The notes: generated by a model from the letters alone, not told the origin. A stretch of 64,000 bases of DNA from an uncultured Acidimicrobiales bacterium (GCA_963806285.1 CAWDXJ010000008.1:102795-166794), one strand, 5' to 3'. Positions 44,735 to 54,608 are shown, numbered from the stretch's first letter. Translations and numbers: made by a program.

Positions 44735-44755
44735 TCCGGAGGGCGCTCCGGATTT
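44735..44755 (+). terminator. Intrinsic-terminator-like hairpin with short U tract
   Basis: tccggag-ggcg-ctccgga followed by ttt. Confidence 0.4.
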
Positions 44756-44921
44756 GCGGCCGTGGAGTGTGACAGCCTCGCCGTAGGGTGACCGGCGTGC
44801 CATCGAGTGGCCGCACGCACCCGATCCGACGAGCCCTCCATCCTCCAGAGTCCGACCCTCGATCTGACCATGTCCAAAGGCATGGGCGCGGGCAGCCGGA
44901 CCGAGCTCGATCGGAGGCGCC

Positions 44922-46497
44922 ATGATCGCCGCCATTCCCTCCGCCGTCCTCATCGGGGTCGACGGAAAACAGGTCTCCGTCGAAGTCCACGTGTCCAATG
45001 GACTCCCCGGGTTCACCGTCGTCGGCCTGCCCGATGCCGCAGTGCGGGAGTCCCGTGACCGGGTCCGGGCCGCCTTCCTGTCGAGCGGGCTTGCGTGGCC
45101 GCTGCGCCGGGTCACCGTCAACCTCGCTCCGTCGGGCATGCGTAAGGGCGGTGCCGGGCTGGACCTGCCCATCGCCATCGGCGTGCTGGTGGCCGCCGGT
45201 GAGCTGGACGCGGGCGCCGTCGACGGTACCGCCTTCGTCGGTGAGCTGGGCCTCGACGGATCGCTGCGAGGGGTCCCGGGGACGGTGGTGTTGGCCGAGG
45301 CACTCGGCCGGTATCGACTGGTCGTGGCGGCCGACAGCGGTCGTGAGGCGCGCCTGGCCGGAGGCGGTGCCGTCCGCACCTCGTCCACCCTCGGTGCCCT
45401 GGTCGATCGATTGTCGGGGAATCGTCCGTGGCCCGAGCCCGGCGATCCCGAGTCTGATGCGGTCCCAGCCCGATCCTTCGACCCGGCCTCCGGACAGCTC
45501 GCCGCGACTGTCGGTCTCAAGTCACCCGGGGCAGGACCTCGCTGACGTCCGGGGCCAGCGACTGGCCCGCCGGGCACTGGAGGTGGCGGCCGCCGGTGGC
45601 CATCACCTGCTGCTGGTGGGACCGCCGGGGTCGGGGAAGACCATGTTGGCCAACCGGCTCCCCGACCTACTTCCGGATCTTCCGACGGTCGACAGCACTG
45701 GAGGTGACCCGGGTCCACTCCGTGGCGGGGCTCCCACTGGCACCCTCCGGGCTCATCGAGCGTCCGCCGTTCCGCGCCCCGCACCACGGCACGTCCCCGG
45801 TGGCGATGATCGGTGGCGGCAGTAGCTGGATGCGGCCGGGAGAGATCAGCCTGGCCCACGGGGGAGTCCTGTTCCTCGATGAGATGGGGGAGTTCTCGGC
45901 AACCGTCCTCGACGCTCTCCGTCAGCCGCTCGAAGAGGGCCAGGTGCAGGGTGAGCCGGGCCCGGGGCTCCACCACCTACCCGGCCCGGTTCATCCTGGT
46001 TGGGGCCATGAATCCCTGCCCGTGCGGCGAGGGGGGTGCACCGGGGGCCTGCCGGTGCAGCGAGTTCGGCCCGGGAGCGCTATGCGCGGCGGTTGTCGGC
46101 GCCGCTTCTCGATCGGTTCGACATCGCCATCCGGGTCGACCGACCTCAGGTCGACGAGTTGATGGGTCGCAGAGGAGCGGAGGCGACCTCGACGGTGGCC
46201 GCGCGGGTGGCCCGGGCCCGTCGTCGGGCTGCCGGGCGCGGCGTCGCTACCAACGCGGAACTTGTGGGGTCGGTGCTCGATGAGAGGGTCCCCCTGTGCC
46301 GGGATGCGGCCCGCTTGATCGAGAAGGAAGTCCGTTCCGGCGCGCTCAGCGCCCGGGGATTGCACCGGGTGCATCGACTGGCCCGTACCGTGGCCGATCT
46401 CGAGGGCGTCGAGGGACCGGTGGGGGAGTCGCACGTGCGGGAGGCCCTCCTCCTCCGGTGCCGGCGGGAGCTGCTGCTCGGGGGCGAGGTCCGATGA
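44922..46497 (+). CDS. YifB/ComM-family Mg-chelatase-like ATPase; several frame changes
   Basis: [98 protein letters not shown]. Confidence 0.85.
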
Positions 46498-47864
46498 TGG
46501 CACCGATGGCCGGCCCGATAACCGGCCCGATGGCCGCCCTGAACCACGACCAGATCCACGCAGCCGCCCTCGCCGGTCTGGCGGGGATGACGCCGGTGCG
46601 TCTGTCCAAGGTGCTGGACGGGTTCCAGCCGGTAACCGCGCTGATGGCCCTGCGGGCCGGGACGCACCCCGCCGATCCTGCCCGGAGGTTCGGCCCGGCG
46701 GCTCGGAGGACCGACGTGGGGGAAGTGGAGGAACGGTACGCGCGGGCCGGGGTTCAGGTTCTCCTGCCCGGCCGGGCCGGATATCCGTCGATGCTGATCG
46801 GCGATCCCGGAGCTCCGGCCGTGCTGTTCGCCATGGGTGAGCCGGCCGCGCCCGAAGGCCGACCAAGGGTGGCCATCGTCGGCACCCGCTCCGCTACCCA
46901 CTACGGACGACAGGTGGCTTCCGACCTCGGCAGTGAGCTTGCCTCTGCCGGGGTGGTCGTGGTGTCGGGACTTGCCCACGGGATCGATGGAGCCGCTCAT
47001 GCCGGCGTGGTCCGGGGGGCCACCGACGGTGCGGCTCCCCCGGTGGCCGTGGTGGGCACGGGGCTCGATGTCGTCTACCCGTCCTCGAACACGGAGTTGT
47101 GGTCGGAGGTCGTCGCCCGGGGAGCTGTCTTCTCGGAGTCCCCCCTTGGCACCCGTCCCCATCCTGGCGTCTTCCCCGCCCGCAATCGGATCATCGCCGC
47201 CCTCTCCGACGTGGTCGTGGTGGTCGAGAGCCACTACGGCGGAGGCTCGTTCCACACGGCAGAGGCCGCCGCCCGCAGATCGATCCCGGTATGTGCAGTT
47301 CCCGGCTCGGTCCACAGCCGGGCGTCGGAGGGCTCGAATGCACTACTGGTCGATGGGTGCACTCCGGTGCGGGACGCCACCGACGTACTGGTGGCGATCT
47401 CGTTGGCCAGGGCTGGACGGGACATGGAGGAAGCCGATCCTGCTCCCTCCGACCTTGGACCCGAGTCCGAACAGCCCGAGGCCCCCACCCTCCGGTCTGG
47501 ATCGACCCCGCGGTCGGTTCCCCGGCCGACGACCGGGTCGGCTCCGGGGTCGGAATCTCAAACGGGCGGGAAGCGGAGCTCGGTGGGAAGATCGGGTACC
47601 GCCCACCGTGCGCCGGGCACCGCCCACCGTGCGCCGGGCACCGCCCACGGGGCGCGGGGCACCGCCCACGGGGCACACCTGGAGCACCTGTCGATGACCG
47701 ATCCCCGACGAGCCGTCTGGGCGGCGGTGGACGACACCCCGACCGCCTTCGAGACGATCTTGATCCGCACCGACCTCACCATCCCCGTCGCTGCAGAGGC
47801 ATGCCAGAAGTTGGTCGAAAGCGGCGCGCTGTTGGCGGGTGCCGGTTGGTGGTCGAAGAAGTAG
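46494..47864 (+). CDS. dprA: DNA-processing protein DprA; intact; ATGA overlap with upstream gene
   Basis: RVAIVGTRSATHYG, VVSGLAHGIDGAAH, VVGTGLDVVYP, PHPGVFPARNRIIAALS, GGSFHTAEAA, C-terminal winged-helix-like AVWAAVDD... Confidence 0.9.
   Translation: MMAPMAGPITGPMAALNHDQIHAAALAGLAGMTPVRLSKVLDGFQPVTALMALRAGTHPADPARRFGPAARRTDVGEVEERYARAGVQVLLPGRAGYPSMLIGDPGAPAVLFAMGEPAAPEGRPRVAIVGTRSATHYGRQVASDLGSELASAGVVVVSGLAHGIDGAAHAGVVRGATDGAAPPVAVVGTGLDVVYPSSNTELWSEVVARGAVFSESPLGTRPHPGVFPARNRIIAALSDVVVVVESHYGGGSFHTAEAAARRSIPVCAVPGSVHSRASEGSNALLVDGCTPVRDATDVLVAISLARAGRDMEEADPAPSDLGPESEQPEAPTLRSGSTPRSVPRPTTGSAPGSESQTGGKRSSVGRSGTAHRAPGTAHRAPGTAHGARGTAHGAHLEHLSMTDPRRAVWAAVDDTPTAFETILIRTDLTIPVAAEACQKLVESGALLAGAGWWSKK
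47595..47678 (+). repeat. Four in-frame tandem 21-bp units in the dprA linker, encoding GTAHRAP GTAHRAP GTAHGAR GTAHGAH
   Basis: ggYaccgcccacSgKgcRccgg units read directly. Confidence 0.85.
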
Positions 47865-47893
47865 CTTCCGCTGGCCCAAGGGAGCCGGTGGGT

Positions 47894-49051
47894 TCAGGCG
47901 GACGACGGTCCGCCGCCGACCCAGGAGCGATCGAACCAGCGCTGGATCCGGCTCGTGCCGAAGTCGATCTTGTCGACTGCGATTGCCTGCGAGGGACCGT
48001 CGAGGGCCCCCGAGGGAGCTTGCCCGCTCAAGAAGGTCACATTGACGCGTGCGACCTGATCGTGGCCGAACTCGAGATAGCAGATCCCGTGCCCGTCGTA
48101 GGTTGCGGGTGCCGTGCCGCCGCGCACCCGCCAGACGATCTGCTCGGCGACGACCGACGCCTGACCCTCGGCGAAGACCCCCGCCTTCGGGGTGCCCACA
48201 CTGGTCACGTCGCCAACGGCGTAGACGTTCGGGAAAACCGTCTGCAGGGTGAGCGGGTCCACCGGCACCCATCCGTCGACCGTCAGACCCGACTCCGCCA
48301 CCACAGAAGGCACCGAGTGCTGCGGGACGCCGAGGAAGAGGTCGTAGTACATCTCGCTCCCGTCGCCGAACAGGACGACCTTCCGCTGGGGATCGAGGCC
48401 CGTCACCAGCCGGTCGGGATGCCAGCTGATCTCCCGGTCGGCGAAGGCAACCAGTAGGGCTTCCGACGCCGCCGGCGATGGCGGGATGGGAGAGCCGAAG
48501 GGCATCACCAACGAGATCGAAGAGCTGTCACGGATCCCCCGTTGGGTGAGGTAGTCGTGCATCAGGAGAGCGGTCTCGCTGGGTGCCGGAGGGCACTTGA
48601 AGGGGGTCGAGGTCACTCCGACGACCACGCGGCCGCCGGCGAAGTCCGACAGCACCTCGCGCAGAGCGAACGCTCCGGGGATCGTGTAGAACTCGTGGCC
48701 GGATTCGACCAGACCCGGGGTGGCGGAGGGATCCAGGTCGGCCCCCAATGCGATGACCATGATGTCGGCATCGAAGGCCCCAGAGTCGGTCTCGATCCGC
48801 ACCGCCCCGGGGTCGATCGATCGGATGGTCGTCTGGACGAACCGGAGGCCGGGCTTGTCGATGTCGCTATAGGGGTGGACAACCGCGGCGGGCAGCGTCC
48901 TCCCGAACATGACGTCGAGTTTCGAGAACCCGAACACGAAGCCCTCGCTCCGGTCGATGAGGACGACGTCAGCATCCCCACCCAACTCCTCCGAGAGCCT
49001 CGTCGACAATTCGAGGCCACCAAACCCCGCCCCCAACACCAGGATCCGCAT
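47894..49051 (-). CDS. FAD-dependent pyridine-nucleotide-disulfide oxidoreductase, sulfide:quinone oxidoreductase/NDH-2-like; intact
   Basis: MRILVLGAGFGGLEL (Rossmann GxGxxG), FKCPPAPSETAL, VYAVGDV. The ORF-track ORF 47894-49393 extends upstream, but the homology-like start is M115. Confidence 0.7.
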   Translation of the reverse strand: MRILVLGAGFGGLELSTRLSEELGGDADVVLIDRSEGFVFGFSKLDVMFGRTLPAAVVHPYSDIDKPGLRFVQTTIRSIDPGAVRIETDSGAFDADIMVIALGADLDPSATPGLVESGHEFYTIPGAFALREVLSDFAGGRVVVGVTSTPFKCPPAPSETALLMHDYLTQRGIRDSSSISLVMPFGSPIPPSPAASEALLVAFADREISWHPDRLVTGLDPQRKVVLFGDGSEMYYDLFLGVPQHSVPSVVAESGLTVDGWVPVDPLTLQTVFPNVYAVGDVTSVGTPKAGVFAEGQASVVAEQIVWRVRGGTAPATYDGHGICYLEFGHDQVARVNVTFLSGQAPSGALDGPSQAIAVDKIDFGTSRIQRWFDRSWVGGGPSSA

Positions 49052-49058
49052 TCGGTCA

Positions 49059-49064
49059 AAGCTA
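49059..49064 (-). promoter_or_regulatory. -10-like TAGCTT, 7 nt upstream of ATG 49051 on the minus strand (leaderless candidate)
   Basis: Reverse strand: gaTAGCTTtgaccgaATG. Confidence 0.35.
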
Positions 49065-49098
49065 TCGGATCGGTCCGACGGTCGGGCCCTTCGCCCCG

Positions 49099-50706
49099 CT
49101 ACCCCGGGCGGTCCCTGTCGTGTCGATGCTTCCATTCCGCCCGGCCCTCGGGGGTGTCGATGCCGAGGTCGGGCTCCTGACCGAAGCGGGGTTGGGCCTC
49201 GAAGCTCCACGCTGGGCTGCCGTCGGCCTCCGTGCCGTCGCGGGCGAGGGTCCAACCCTCGTAGGTCTTCAGGAAATGATGGTGACCGCAGAGGAGCGCG
49301 AGGTTGTCGAGCGCGGTGGGGCCGTTTTCGGCCACCGGGATCACGTGATCGATCTCGAGCCCGAAGCTGACACCGCAGCCCGGCACCACACACGTCCGGT
49401 CCCGATGGACGAGAGCCGTCCGGAGGGTCCGGTTGATGGTCCGTCCCAGATGGGAGACGGCTCGGATGTCACCTGCCCTGTGGAAGACCAGCCGCAGGAA
49501 CGAGTCGTTGGCCATGTCCCTCGCCATGGGCACCGGGATCGGACCCTGCCCGTCGATTTCGCAGAGCTCACCCTCGACCGCATGGCCCCGGAGCAAGGCC
49601 GAGAGGTCCACCCGCACCATGACGGAGCAGGTCGGGGGGCGATCGATGATGTCGAGGGAGTCGGAGGAGGGCCCGTCGACGGTGTCGTCGAGGTCGCCGA
49701 CGTCCCCGGAGGCGTCGTCGGGTTTCAGGTCGCCATCCTCGGCGGGTCCCGGGAAGGGATCGGTTGGTGGGCCCGGGCGAGGATCGAACGGCCCCGGAGG
49801 GTCGGTGGCCGGGGCCGTCGGCTCGATTGCCGTGCCGGAGCCGACCGCTTGTCGGGCCAGGAGGGGTTGTCGGGTCAGGAGAAGGAAGAAGGCATCGGCC
49901 CTCACCGCGCCCTCGGGCTCGTTGACCACCGCACCCACCGCCCGGCGTGCCCGGCGGATGCGGGAGGCCGCATGGTTCACACGCGTGAGGATCTGAGCCC
50001 CCCGGTCGGGGGTGTCCCGGCCCTGGTAGCAGAAGGCCCCGTCGGCATCGGTCCAGGACGAGAAGTGTCGGGATGCTCGGATCTCCTTGACCCTGGCAAC
50101 GGGATCGGCCGTTCGCGACGTCGCCCGCGAGCGGTGGCATCGTTCCCTCACGTTTTGAAGGGGCGCCTGGTCCGCTCCTTCGAGCAGCTCTTCCTCCCGC
50201 TCAGGGTCGAGCACCCCCGCCCCCGTCAGCTCATTCAGCTTGGGGGCAGAGAGAGACCCCTTGCGGACCGCGTCCTCGGTGCCCGGCAGCTGATCCAGGC
50301 GGCGGCCGTTGGTCAGGGTGTTCTTCGCCTGGCCGGGCGAGACTCCCTCGAGGGAGGCCAGCATGGCCGCGGCACTCCGATGGCCACCCTCCCTCCAGAT
50401 CCCGGAGACCTCGATCCGCGGCGCCAACAGTGTCTTGCCCGCCACGGCCAGGCGCTCGAATCCGGCGAAGGACCCGTAGAGCACCGTCGCATCCGCGCCG
50501 GTCAGGCAGCCCGGGTCCAGTTCGGACACCACGGCAGCCAGGACATCGAGGGCGGTCTCCAGACGGGCATGAAGGCCGGCTTCGGGTGAGATCGCGGCAA
50601 GGCCGGGAACCGTGCTGCCGGGACGGAGGGTACCCGGACGACGCTGGGCGGTGCCGACGGCTGGAGCCATGGAGGAATCGTCCCAGGCGGGTGCTACACC
50701 GGCCAC
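49099..50706 (-). CDS. DUF222 + HNH endonuclease domain protein (actinobacterial 13E12-type family); intact
   Basis: N-terminal DUF222-like LDPGCLTGADATVLYGSFAGFERLAVAGKTLLA. C-terminal CVVPGC...IDHVIPVAENGPTALDNLALLCGHHHFLKT. Confidence 0.8.
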   Translation of the reverse strand: MAGVAPAWDDSSMAPAVGTAQRRPGTLRPGSTVPGLAAISPEAGLHARLETALDVLAAVVSELDPGCLTGADATVLYGSFAGFERLAVAGKTLLAPRIEVSGIWREGGHRSAAAMLASLEGVSPGQAKNTLTNGRRLDQLPGTEDAVRKGSLSAPKLNELTGAGVLDPEREEELLEGADQAPLQNVRERCHRSRATSRTADPVARVKEIRASRHFSSWTDADGAFCYQGRDTPDRGAQILTRVNHAASRIRRARRAVGAVVNEPEGAVRADAFFLLLTRQPLLARQAVGSGTAIEPTAPATDPPGPFDPRPGPPTDPFPGPAEDGDLKPDDASGDVGDLDDTVDGPSSDSLDIIDRPPTCSVMVRVDLSALLRGHAVEGELCEIDGQGPIPVPMARDMANDSFLRLVFHRAGDIRAVSHLGRTINRTLRTALVHRDRTCVVPGCGVSFGLEIDHVIPVAENGPTALDNLALLCGHHHFLKTYEGWTLARDGTEADGSPAWSFEAQPRFGQEPDLGIDTPEGRAEWKHRHDRDRPG

Positions 50707-50720
50707 TGCTACCGTGCCGC

Positions 50721-51608
50721 ATGCGTTTCGGCGCCCATGTCCCGGGTGGAAGGGGCCTGCTCCCCGCCCTCCAGCACGGGGCCGACATCGGGGCCGAGGC
50801 CGTCCAGTTCTTCACCCAGAGCCCGCGGATGTGGAAGCCGTCCCAGTACGGCCCGGAGGTGCTGGCCCGCTACCGGGAGGCCCAGTCCGAGCACCCGTCG
50901 GTCACGTCCACCTTCTGCCATGCCACCTACCTCATCAACCTTGCGACCCCCGACGCCGAGCTGACGGCGAAGTCCCGGGCATGCCTCGACGCCAATCTGG
51001 CGGCAGCCCAGGCCATGGGCGCCGAAGGGCTGATCCTGCACCTCGGGAGTCACCGGGGGAGAGGGTTCGAGGCGGCCCTCCCGGAGATCGCCGAAGCGCT
51101 GGTCCGGGCACTGGACTCGGTGGATCCGGCCCCGCGGGATCCCAACTCGGCCCCGTGCCCGATCCTGTTGGAGAACACGGCCGGGGCCGGCAACACGGTG
51201 GGCCGCTCCCTCGAGGAGCTCGCCGCGGTCGTCGACGCCGCAGGCTCCGACGAGCGGCTCGGGCTGTGCCTCGACACCCAGCACCTTTGGGCGTCCGGCG
51301 TATCCTTCGGAACCGTCGACGAGGCCGATGCGGTGGTCGACCGGGTGTCGGACACACTGGGAGTCGACCGGCTGCGCTGTCTGCACCTCAACGACTCCAA
51401 GGTCGCCTTCGGGGCCAACCGGGACCGACACGAGAACCTCGGCGAGGGGACCATCGGCCGGCAACGCCTGGCTGCGCTCCTCGGCCACCCCGCCCTCCAG
51501 GGGGTTCCGGCGATCCTGGAGGTTCCGGGCCGGGGTGGGGGTCCGAGGGCCGGGGACCTGAGGACCGCTCGCGACCTGTGGGCGACGGGTATGGCCATCC
51601 GCTCCTGA
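50721..51608 (+). CDS. nfo: Deoxyribonuclease IV (endonuclease IV); intact
   Basis: MRFGAHV, VQFFTQSPRMW, HATYLINLA, LILHLGSH, ILLENTAG, CLDTQHLWASG, LHLNDSK, DRHENLGEG. Confidence 0.9.
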   Translation: MRFGAHVPGGRGLLPALQHGADIGAEAVQFFTQSPRMWKPSQYGPEVLARYREAQSEHPSVTSTFCHATYLINLATPDAELTAKSRACLDANLAAAQAMGAEGLILHLGSHRGRGFEAALPEIAEALVRALDSVDPAPRDPNSAPCPILLENTAGAGNTVGRSLEELAAVVDAAGSDERLGLCLDTQHLWASGVSFGTVDEADAVVDRVSDTLGVDRLRCLHLNDSKVAFGANRDRHENLGEGTIGRQRLAALLGHPALQGVPAILEVPGRGGGPRAGDLRTARDLWATGMAIRS

Positions 51609-51660
51609 GGTCCGCTCGTGAGACCGAGGGGGCCAGTGTGGTCGGGCGCACACCCGCCGT

Positions 51661-51687
51661 CTAGTAATAAGAATGATTCTCGACTAG
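51661..51687. promoter_or_regulatory. AT-rich imperfect palindrome, candidate Zur (Fur-family) operator, overlapping a TAGGCT -10-like box (51685-51690)
   Basis: ctagtaatAAGAATGATTCTCgactag. The core AGAATGATTCT is a perfect 5-1-5 palindrome and matches about 10 of 13 positions of the recalled actinobacterial Zur half-site pair GAAAATGATTTTC. It is the only AT-rich patch I noticed in the window. Confidence 0.45.
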
Positions 51688-51711
51688 GCTGACGAACATC
51701 GATCGAGGTCC

Positions 51712-51757
51712 GTGGAGAGAGGCGTGGAGAGAGGGCTGGAGAGGGCGGAGGCGGGCA
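51712..51757 (+). repeat. Purine-rich tandem units (gtggagagaggc, gtggagagaggg, ctggagaggg, cggaggcggg) in the leader of the metal ABC operon
   Basis: Read directly. Confidence 0.7.
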
Positions 51758-51795
51758 CTAGCAGGTTGATCATCGGAATCCGACGGCGGCCCGAG

Positions 51796-52804
51796 ATGCG
51801 GCGGGAGGGGCCGGCAGCGGCGCGCCGAGCTGGCCTCGTCGGGATGGTGGCGATGGTGGTGGCGGTCGTCGTCGCCACCGGCGGCATGCTGAGTGCCTGC
51901 GGGGCCACGCATCCGGCGGCCACCCATCCGACGTCTGCGGGCAGCCGGCTCGGTCTCCGAACGGGTGGTCCAGGTGGCGGCGGCCGAGAACTTCTGGGGG
52001 AGCATCGCCGCCCAGCTCGGCGGGGCTCACGCTCACGTAGTGAGTATCATTACCAATCCCAATACGGATCCCCACGCCTATGAGCCCACTGCTGCCGATG
52101 CCCGCACGCTGGCCCAGGCACAGCTCGTCGTGGAGAACGGGATCGGCTACGACCCGTGGGTCCCGCGGCTGCTCGCCGCCGACCCGGGGAAGACCACCAC
52201 GCTCGATGTCGGGGCCCTCCTCGGTGTTGCCGTGGGCGGCAACCCGCACCGCTGGTACGACCCGGCCGATGTCCAGACGGTCATCAGGCAGATGGTGGCC
52301 GACTATCAGAGGATCGACCCGACCGACCGTTCGTTCTTCGCCCGGCAGGAGAGCGCGTTCGTGACGGTCGACCTCAAGCCGTACTCCGAGACCCTCGGCG
52401 CCATCAGGGCGCGCTATGCGGGGACGCCGGTGGGAGCGTCGGAGTCGATCTTCGCCATGCTGGCGCCGGCGCTCGGGCTCGACCTGATCACGCCGCCGGC
52501 CGTCGCTCAAGGCGATCAGCGAGGGTTCCGACCTCTCGGTCGGGGACAAGGAGACCATCGACAGCCAGATCCGCGGCCACCTGATCAAGGTGTACGTGTA
52601 CAACAGCCAGAACGTTACGCCCGACGTGCAGGCCCAGCTGGCCGAGGTCAAGGCGGAGCACATTCCCTTCGCCACCATCACCGAGACCCTGCAGCCGGCG
52701 AGTTCCACCTACCAGGCGTGGCAGACCAGACAGCTCCTCGGCATCCAGGCGGCACTGGCCCGGGCCAACGCGTCCGCCGTCGTCCGAACGCGGCCGGTGG
52801 GTAG
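51796..52804 (+). CDS. Metal (Zn/Mn) ABC transporter substrate-binding lipoprotein, ZnuA/TroA family; at least 2 frame changes
   Basis: Signal peptide with lipobox MVAMVVAVVVATGGMLSAC. AENFWGSIAAQLGG, TDPHAYEPT, NGIGYDPW, NPHRWYDP, YVYNSQ. Confidence 0.75.
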
Positions 52805-52840
52805 CCCAAGGCGGCCAAGGCGGCTCCGACCCGGCCGGCG

Positions 52841-53664
52841 GTGCGGTTCGACGGTGCCGCCGTGAAGCTCGGCGGCCGCACCATCTGGTCGAACGTCGAC
52901 CTCGACATCGGCCCGGGCGAGTTCGTCGCCGTGCTGGGCCCCAACGGGGTGGGGAAGTCGACGCTGATCAAGGCGATACTGGGCGTCCAACCGTTGTCCG
53001 AGGGTCGGGTGACCGTGCTCGGGCAGCCGCCCGGCGGGTCGGGGAAGGACATCGGCTACCTGCCCCAGCGGAGGAATTTCGACTCCGAGCCTGCGGGTCC
53101 GGGGTATCGACATCGTCCGACTGGGAAGTGACGGTGACCGATGGGGGCTGCCGTTCCCCGGGGGCGCCTCACTGTTCGCCGGCAGCCGGGCGAGCGCGGC
53201 AGCGGGTCGACGAGGTTATCGAGATGGTGGGGGCCACCTCCTACGCCCATCGCCCGATCGGCCAGGTGTCCGGTGGTGAGCAGCAGCGCCTCCTGATCGC
53301 CCAGGCGCTGGTCCGCCGGCCCCGGATGCTGTTGCTCGACGAGCCCCTCGACAGCCTCGACCTTCCGAATCAGGCGGCCATCGCCGGGCTGGTCTCCGAG
53401 ATCAGCGACGAGTACGGCATCACCGTGCTCATCGTGGCCCACGACGTCAACCCCATCCTGTCCTATCTCGACCGGGTGGTCTACGTGGCCCGGGGCGGGA
53501 CGGTCAGCGGGCCGCCCGAGGAGGTCATCACGTCCGAGACGCTCAGCGCGCTGTACGAGACCCCGATCGAGGTGCTGCGGACCTCGGACGGGCGGATGGT
53601 GGTCGTCGGTCAACCGGAGGCGCCCGCCCACCATGCCGATCGCCACACCGGGCACCCCCACTGA
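52841..53664 (+). CDS. Metal ABC transporter ATP-binding protein (ZnuC-like); one frame change
   Basis: GEFVAVLGPNGVGKSTL, QVSGGEQQRLLIAQAL, LLLDEPLDSLD, VAHDV. Confidence 0.85.
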
Positions 53665-53708
53665 TGGGCCGGGCGTGACGATGGCCGCTCGGCATCGACC
53701 TGCAGCAG

Positions 53709-54608
53709 ATGTTCGGCCTGCATTTCATGGTCAACGCCTATCGGGCCGGGACGATCGTGGCGGTCGTCGCCGGCGCGGTCGGGTGGTTCATGGTGCTGAG
53801 GCGGCAGAGCTTCGCCGGTCACACGCTCGCCGTCGTGTCCTTCCCGGGTGCGGCCGGCGCCGTCTGGCTGGGGTTCAGTGCGACGGTCGGGTACTTCGCC
53901 GGGAGCATCGCCGCCGCCGTGGTCATCGCGCTCGTACCCCGTTCGTCCTCGGGTCGGGCCCACAGCCAGGAATCCGCGGTCATCGGTACCGTGCAGGCAT
54001 TCGCTCTGGCGTGCGGGGTCCTGTTCGTCAGCCTGTACGGCGGCTTCCTCGACAGCGTCACCGGACTGTTGTTCGGGACGTTCCTCGGGATCTCGGACAG
54101 CCAGGTGGCGACGCTCGGGGTGGCCGCCGTGGTGGTGCTCGGCGTCCTGGCCGCCCTGGGCCGGCCACTCTTCTTCGCCACCGTCGACGCGGACGTGGCG
54201 GCCGCCCGGCGGGTCCCGGTCCGGGGGTTGTCCGTCGTCTTCTTGCTCCTGTTGGGGTGCACCGCCGCGGAGGTCAGCCAGATCACGGGTGTCCTGCTGG
54301 TGTTCGCCCTGCTGGTGATGCCGGCGGCGGCGGCCCAGCAGCTCACGGCGCGGCCGGCGGTGAGCTTCGTGGTCACCATCGTGTTGGCGGTGGCGATCAC
54401 CTGGCTGTCGCTGGGTGCGGCATTCTTCTCGGTCTACCCGGTCGGCTTCTACGTCTCGACCTTCGGCTTCGCGGTCTATGTGGTGGCCGCGGGTTGGCGG
54501 GCCCTGGCTGAGCGGATGCGGGCCCGACCACTGCACCGGACCCGGACGCCCCAGTTCCCATCCGGATCGACGGCGGCGGCAGCGTCGGGATCGGCGCCGG
54601 GACCGTGA
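53709..54608 (+). CDS. Metal ABC transporter permease (ABC-3 family); intact
   Basis: 299-aa hydrophobic ORF with 8-9 TM-like segments; SFAGHTLAVVSFPGAAGA, LLVFALLVMPAAAAQQL. Confidence 0.85.
   Translation: MFGLHFMVNAYRAGTIVAVVAGAVGWFMVLRRQSFAGHTLAVVSFPGAAGAVWLGFSATVGYFAGSIAAAVVIALVPRSSSGRAHSQESAVIGTVQAFALACGVLFVSLYGGFLDSVTGLLFGTFLGISDSQVATLGVAAVVVLGVLAALGRPLFFATVDADVAAARRVPVRGLSVVFLLLLGCTAAEVSQITGVLLVFALLVMPAAAAQQLTARPAVSFVVTIVLAVAITWLSLGAAFFSVYPVGFYVSTFGFAVYVVAAGWRALAERMRARPLHRTRTPQFPSGSTAAAASGSAPGP

Noticed and set aside
44797-44925. Leaderless 42-codon upstream ORF: TAGGGT, then 7 nt, then GTG, ending in an ATGA overlap with the chelatase-like gene start.
   Set aside because: Third-position GC is only about 60 percent, against more than 90 percent in real genes here. 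The peptide has no features, and open frames of this length are common by chance at this GC content. I keep only the promoter idea, at low confidence.
50453-50464. tRNA T-loop-like string gctcgaatccgg (similar strings occur at 25530 and 17383).
   Set aside because: All lie inside well-supported coding frames, and no acceptor or anticodon stems can be drawn around them. I found no tRNA, rRNA, tmRNA, RNase P or SRP RNA signature in any intergenic gap.
49099-50706. The HNH/DUF222 gene as evidence of a prophage, IS element or defence island.
   Set aside because: I could not recognise any integrase, transposase, terminal inverted or direct repeats, phage structural genes or restriction/abortive-infection partners around it.
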